Part shown: positions 18,267 to 22,357 of the stretch, one piece after another
How positions within the stretch are numbered: the first letter of the stretch is position 1
Layout of the letters: each line of letters starts with the position of its first letter
Assembly: GCA_044342325.1 (NCBI GenBank)
Contig: JBIIPZ010000042.1
Span: 1-22,357, forward strand
Direction of reading: 5' to 3'
DNA length: 22,357 bases
Source: Terrimicrobiaceae bacterium
GTDB taxonomy: Bacteria > Verrucomicrobiota > Verrucomicrobiia > Chthoniobacterales > Terrimicrobiaceae
Position numbers and translations under genes: made by a program
Notes under the pieces: model-generated
Told to the model about the DNA's origin: nothing
What the model saw: the letters and a program-made list of their open reading frames with translations, nothing else
Databases searched by the model: none

Positions 18267-18635
18267 TTATATTTGCGCCACAAGTCCGGCGCGGATACAG
18301 ACATTGAGGAAGGCGGCGGCGGACCAGAGTTGATGGCCGGAGCCGTCGATAAATCCGCTGGGCAGCGGAATTTTTTCGTGGAAAGACCCTAGGCCTTGAT
18401 CCCACATGGCCTCATTTTCTGCCTTAGCTTTTTTGGGCGCGAAGGCGGTTCCGAGCGAACGCCCGAGCAACGCCGCGTTTTGATCCGTGTAGTCTCCGCC
18501 ATCGGCAAGGGCTTTTCCCCACAGAAAGAAGGTGTCACAGAACGGCCAACTCGCCAAGCCGATGGACACCACGCCCAAAAAGGAGCGGCGATGAAGTGAG
18601 ATTTTCGAGCTCGATGCTATCGAGGCTCGAATCAT
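18267..18635 (-). pseudogene. Internally deleted Tat-exported (alpha/alpha)6 glycosidase (glycogen debranching / amylo-alpha-1,6-glucosidase C-terminal-like)
   Basis: Tat motif RRSFLG plus a short hydrophobic stretch is joined directly to SWPF...SFHE...GSGHQLWSAAAFL, the C-terminal motifs of this family. Only 122 aa. ATGA overlap with the GH36 stop supports the start. Confidence 0.65.
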
Positions 18636-20500
18636 TTCGATTTCAGCTTCTCGCAGAGTTGGGCGAACGAATCTTTCCCATCGTATTTCAGGATCACGGA
18701 ATGGCGGCCATCCAATTTGACGGGTTCGGCTTTTCCAAACGCGGTCACATCATATTCCTTCGGCGTAGCGCCCCAGTTAAAGACACCAAGATAAACCTCT
18801 TTGCCCTTGCGTGCGAGCACGAGCTCGAAGCCGTCGCCCTTGTTCTTGCCATGCTTCCAGAGATCCAGCGGCACGGTTTCATCCATCGCCGGATATTGGA
18901 ACACCTCTTTCACCAAGGCCTGACGCTCCGGGCGGAGTGTTACCAAATTATCACTGTGCAGGCGAGCGGTGCCGTAGATTTTGTTGAAGTCCGCCCACAT
19001 TTGCGCCTCGTTCAAAGTCATGCTCCCACCGTGTTTGACATCTTCCTTAGAGACGGTTTCGTCTTCGTCGATGGCCTCACGGAAGACAACATAGTCGGCG
19101 TCGCCATTGAAGACCTTCCCACTCAGATAAAAATTGCCGAGATTAGCGAGAGAGCGCTCGGGAAAAGCCTGGTAGCGAGGATGGATGTCGCCGCCGGTGC
19201 GCATGCCGTCCACGAAACCGATGCACGGTCCGAACACCGCAGAGCAGCCGAGGAAGTAACTGTCAGGCCCCATCGCCTCGCGCATGGCCTGCATCCCAAG
19301 TCGAAAACGCTCAACACCCGTGATCGTTGGATCGTGGGCTTTAATGCTTTTGACATGCTTGCTCTTGGCCTTGATGTCGTTTTCCAGGCCGTAACGCATG
19401 AAGTCCACCTTGAAATAGGTAACGCCCCAATTTTCCTTCATGTTCCGGATACACTCGGCGATATGCGCTCTCGCCCCGGGATGGGAGTAATCAAAATAGG
19501 TATACTTCATGACCCTGTCCGGCATTTCCTTCACCTCTACGATCATTTTACCATCCTGATCATGCAGGAAGTATTCGGGATGGGCTTTGCAAATTTCGGA
19601 AGCGGCATCGCCCCGGAACCCATCGAAGTGGAGGCCCGGGGTCTTTCCTTCGGACTTGATCCGAGAGACGATAGCCTTGATGCCGCCGGGCAGGTTCGGG
19701 CGCACAGTCTGGTAATCTCCACGCTCGATCCACCATCCACCGTCGATCTGGATCATGTTCGCTTCTGGAGCGAGTTTGTTCAGCGCATCCATGTTCTTGT
19801 AGACATCCTGGTCGGTGAAAACCCGGCCGTAGTAATCCCATGTCGCCCAGCCTTTGTAGTCGGCCGGCTTGAGTTTTGAGATGCCATTCTCCACTGCGAT
19901 CGCAGCACCGAATTGATCGAGCAACGAGAGCCAGTCGTCGGAGCGCTTGAGAACGATCTGCTCATACTGAATGGTCTGACCGGGCTTGAGTTGTTTGCCC
20001 TCGCCATGGGACCAGATCTCGATGGCTCCGTCTTTGAGAGTGAAATTCGGCAGGAAAATGCGCCAAGACAGCGAGCCAGCGAACAAATACTTGCCCTCGC
20101 TCAGGCGCAACATCTCATACATGTGGCTGGAACTCTTCTTGGTTTGGCTGCCGACATTCTCGATGAGCAATGGGGTGCGCCCCATGCAACTGCCACCGTA
20201 GATCAGCTCCTGCTCTTTCGTTAATTTCTCAGCCAATGGAATACGCACGGTAATTCTCTCAATCGTCAGCGGCTGCTCGCCTTTATTGGAAAGCGTGATT
20301 GCCAAACGCTGGAAACCATTTGCCTCCTCCTTCAGACTTTGCGTCGTAGCGACCGGCTGGGAAGCCTTCACATCAACTTGGATGTCCGGCCACGATGTAT
20401 CAGCCGCCCCCGCAAGTTGTGCCAGCAACACGCCAACAGCAAAGATGGCATGGGATTTTAAGGACGATTTCTTCAGGAAAAAAGACGGGGTGGAAATCAT
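18632..20500 (-). CDS. Secreted GH36 glycoside hydrolase (alpha-galactosidase-like)
   Basis: GWATWDYY, IQIDGGWW, nucleophile motif YFKVDF, acid/base motif DGMRTGGDI; signal peptide. Confidence 0.87.
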   Translation of the reverse strand: MISTPSFFLKKSSLKSHAIFAVGVLLAQLAGAADTSWPDIQVDVKASQPVATTQSLKEEANGFQRLAITLSNKGEQPLTIERITVRIPLAEKLTKEQELIYGGSCMGRTPLLIENVGSQTKKSSSHMYEMLRLSEGKYLFAGSLSWRIFLPNFTLKDGAIEIWSHGEGKQLKPGQTIQYEQIVLKRSDDWLSLLDQFGAAIAVENGISKLKPADYKGWATWDYYGRVFTDQDVYKNMDALNKLAPEANMIQIDGGWWIERGDYQTVRPNLPGGIKAIVSRIKSEGKTPGLHFDGFRGDAASEICKAHPEYFLHDQDGKMIVEVKEMPDRVMKYTYFDYSHPGARAHIAECIRNMKENWGVTYFKVDFMRYGLENDIKAKSKHVKSIKAHDPTITGVERFRLGMQAMREAMGPDSYFLGCSAVFGPCIGFVDGMRTGGDIHPRYQAFPERSLANLGNFYLSGKVFNGDADYVVFREAIDEDETVSKEDVKHGGSMTLNEAQMWADFNKIYGTARLHSDNLVTLRPERQALVKEVFQYPAMDETVPLDLWKHGKNKGDGFELVLARKGKEVYLGVFNWGATPKEYDVTAFGKAEPVKLDGRHSVILKYDGKDSFAQLCEKLKSK

Positions 20501-20518
20501 AAATATTGGTTATTATAC

Positions 20519-20548
20519 TTCAGCTAACGAAGACGGATTGTGACGGGG
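20519..20548 (-). promoter_or_regulatory. Putative ECF sigma promoter, copy 5 (GH36 operon)
   Basis: Minus strand CCCCGTCACAATCCGTCTTCGTTAGCTGAA, 18 nt before ATG 20500, with a T-tract upstream. Confidence 0.62.
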
Positions 20549-20624
20549 AAAAAAGACAGCAGTTGCAAGGGCGCGGCTGTGATATTTGATCAGGCTTCCT
20601 TGGCGACCATCATACTCCAGCGAA

Positions 20625-21260
20625 CTACAAGCCCTTCCAGAAAATGTCTGGCGCGTCCTTTATAAAATTTTTATCAACAACCTCGGAGTGGCCGTCGAAA
20701 TAGCAGATGGAATACTTGGTATTTTTGCGATGCCACGCTTTCGCGTTTGATTTTTTAATGCCCGTTGTTGTCCATTCCTTAGTATTCGAGATGTCGGTGT
20801 CGCCAAGCAGGATGGTGGCCGAAGGTTTGATCAAATTCACCATACGACTCAAAGTTCCAGTTGAACTAATCTCGGAGTTCAACCCATATGTTGCACGGCT
20901 ACTCGATGTATTGGAATAGTTTACACCTTCTTTTGCCAATCCGGCCAACGCACTCGGGCAACAGAGACTCCTCCAGTCCTCTGAAGTAACAAGTTTGGTC
21001 GGCAGATAATCATCAACCGCATTATACCAAGTATCTCCACCACCACTATTTGGAACTAAAACACCATCTTTGTCTATGACCATCAACAAATAGGCGGCAC
21101 TGAGCTGACGCATGTTCGAAAGACATTTGGTTTGATTGGACGCTTCACGACTCTGTTGAAGTGCCGGGAATGCGAGGGCTGCAATTACGGCGATCACCGC
21201 GATAACCACAAGCAACTCGATAAGAGTGAATGCGGTTGTATTTCGTCTCTTTATGTTCAA
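20625..21260 (-). CDS. Prepilin-type N-terminal cleavage/methylation protein with H-X9-DG-like C-terminus (PVC DUF1559-like)
   Basis: [60 protein letters not shown] (H-X11-DG here); TTG start. Confidence 0.92.
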   Translation of the reverse strand: MNIKRRNTTAFTLIELLVVIAVIAVIAALAFPALQQSREASNQTKCLSNMRQLSAAYLLMVIDKDGVLVPNSGGGDTWYNAVDDYLPTKLVTSEDWRSLCCPSALAGLAKEGVNYSNTSSSRATYGLNSEISSTGTLSRMVNLIKPSATILLGDTDISNTKEWTTTGIKKSNAKAWHRKNTKYSICYFDGHSEVVDKNFIKDAPDIFWKGL

Positions 21261-21307
21261 ATGAGAATGCTCCGGATGGGATTGTGGCGCTTTTCAGGAA
21301 TGATTAT

Positions 21308-21433
21308 TTATGATTTGTCACTCGAGAAACAAATCGTCGGCAAAGATGGGGCGAGTGTGAGAATGAATACGATACCAGCAAGAAAGTGCCTTTGCGCCAG
21401 ATGGGAGGTGGTTAAGGTTAATGGGGTTTTCAT
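21308..21433 (-). pseudogene. 41-aa remnant: duplicated signal-peptide start of the beta-strand repeat gene
   Basis: MKTPLTLTTSHLAQRHFLAGIVFILTLAPSLPTICFSSDKS*. First 28 aa are 21/28 identical to the protein starting at 658, after which similarity stops abruptly. Confidence 0.75.
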
Positions 21434-21545
21434 TGGAATGGAGTTAGGAGGTTGGATTCCGGGGTGGCATGCACATTGGAAACATGCCGGGACGAATTGG
21501 GTCTATAACCCTTCAGCCGCAACATGAATATTATGACAAAAAAGT
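21351..21545. repeat. Diverged direct repeat, copy B
   Basis: See copy A; same orientation, offset 20,775 bp. Confidence 0.9.
21512..21541 (-). promoter_or_regulatory. Putative ECF sigma promoter, copy 6 (remnant ORF and prepilin gene)
   Basis: Minus strand TTTTGTCATAATATTCATGTTGCGGCTGAA. Confidence 0.7.
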
Positions 21546-21661
21546 TTGCTCAGCCTTCGGTTCCCCCCGCTAATCAATTTTGGCCGAGATTCCGATGAAA
21601 GCAAGGAAGAGCGCCGGATAAGTCAGAACCACATCAATCCCCAAGCGCCTGTCAGAGTGCG

Positions 21662-22135
21662 TCCTCACTCTACATCGACGAGGAATTCCCTCGCATCGTG
21701 GCCCAATGCCGGGGAGGGGCTGATCTGGCAAGAGGCTTCCAATGCGGCATCGACCAGATCAAGGAACAGCCACAGGCTCCCCTGCAGTCGGCACATCCGC
21801 TCTTCCATCTCGAATACCAAGCCAATCTCTTCATGGTGGCGATACTCACACCGACTCCCCTCGTGCGTGCATGCGTCGAGCCATGGACATGCACCACGAC
21901 CCGGCGCGATGGCTCGCGGATTTCTTCTTTGGAGGAATCCGCCCGATCCGAAGCGGTGGCGCTGCTCGCGGAGACGCTCCAAGTGAGCCGCGAGCTTGCG
22001 AAATACCGACTGGAGGAACTTTTCCCGCCATCTCCGGCACAAACACTTTCCCGGAAACCCAACGACCGCCCGGCGCAGAGTGCGTCCGGGAGTTTCGGCG
22101 TCGTTTCAGGGAAAAACCAACAAACATTATGGTAA
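21662..22135 (+). pseudogene. N-terminally truncated ImmA/IrrE-family metallopeptidase fragment
   Basis: Frame reads SSLYIDEEFPRIVAQC...LEYQANLFMVAILTPTPLVR...LAETLQVSRELAKYRLEEL, matching the ExQANxFAxxLLMP motif and C-terminal helix-turn-helix. No HExxH seen upstream; in-frame TGA at 21596-21598. Confidence 0.65.
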
Positions 22136-22357
22136 CCACCATAACTGGCACGCTCTCCGACACCGAGCGCGATGCTTTTGTTGAAGGTGTCTCCAGGCTG
22201 GAAGCCACCCTGTCGTCCATCGACTTGGTGACTCTCAGCCTATCGGAAGTCAGCCGCTTGTCGAAAGCCGGTCCTGCATCGGCCTCATTCGTCACGGATG
22301 GCTTGGAACTCGCCAGTCGCAACCTCGACTTGCTCACGGCCAACATGAACCCCGACG
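22129..22357 (+). CDS. Conserved hypothetical helical protein (5' part; runs off the right edge)
   Basis: Manual translation MVTTITGTLSDTERDAFVEGVSRLEATLSSIDLVTLSLSEVSRLSKAGPASASFVTDGLELASRNLDLLTANMNPD..., open to the end, with an A/C-rich leader. Resembles a recalled uncharacterised family (LTxxERxxLxKMGxxSxxFVxxALE). Not in the ORF track. Confidence 0.7.
   Translation, partial: MVTTITGTLSDTERDAFVEGVSRLEATLSSIDLVTLSLSEVSRLSKAGPASASFVTDGLELASRNLDLLTANMNPD

Noticed and set aside
21846..22346. 166-aa minus-strand ORF and neighbouring short ORFs
   Set aside because: Antisense to the better-supported plus-strand peptidase fragment and hypothetical gene.
1..22357. CRISPR array, tRNA/rRNA, transposase, integrase, reverse transcriptase
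   Set aside because: No regularly spaced repeats or matching motifs seen by eye; a covariance-model search would be needed to exclude small RNAs.

Overview
This is a Verrucomicrobia/PVC-type polysaccharide utilisation cluster, inferred to target a sulfated, galactose-rich glycan. From left to right it holds: the 5' part of a secreted autotransporter-associated beta-strand-repeat protein (missed by the ORF track), a signal-peptide-bearing galM, a divergent ECF sigma plus FecR-type anti-sigma pair, and a long minus-strand block. That block encodes a YidK-like sodium:solute symporter, four Cys-type sulfatases, three related but unassigned GH42-like TIM-barrel proteins, an internally deleted Tat-signal glycosidase remnant, a GH36 enzyme with an atypical DG motif, and a low-GC prepilin-like protein. 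The right end has a truncated ImmA/IrrE-like peptidase and a partial conserved hypothetical gene. The main unannotated signal is a bipartite motif, TTTCGTCAYA-N12-YGGCTGAA, present six times, each correctly oriented upstream of a putative transcription unit including the sigma gene. This suggests a readable ECF regulon promoter. A diverged direct repeat (promoter plus signal-peptide start) brackets the cluster 20,775 bp apart. Family and substrate assignments come from motif recognition only; no searches were run.
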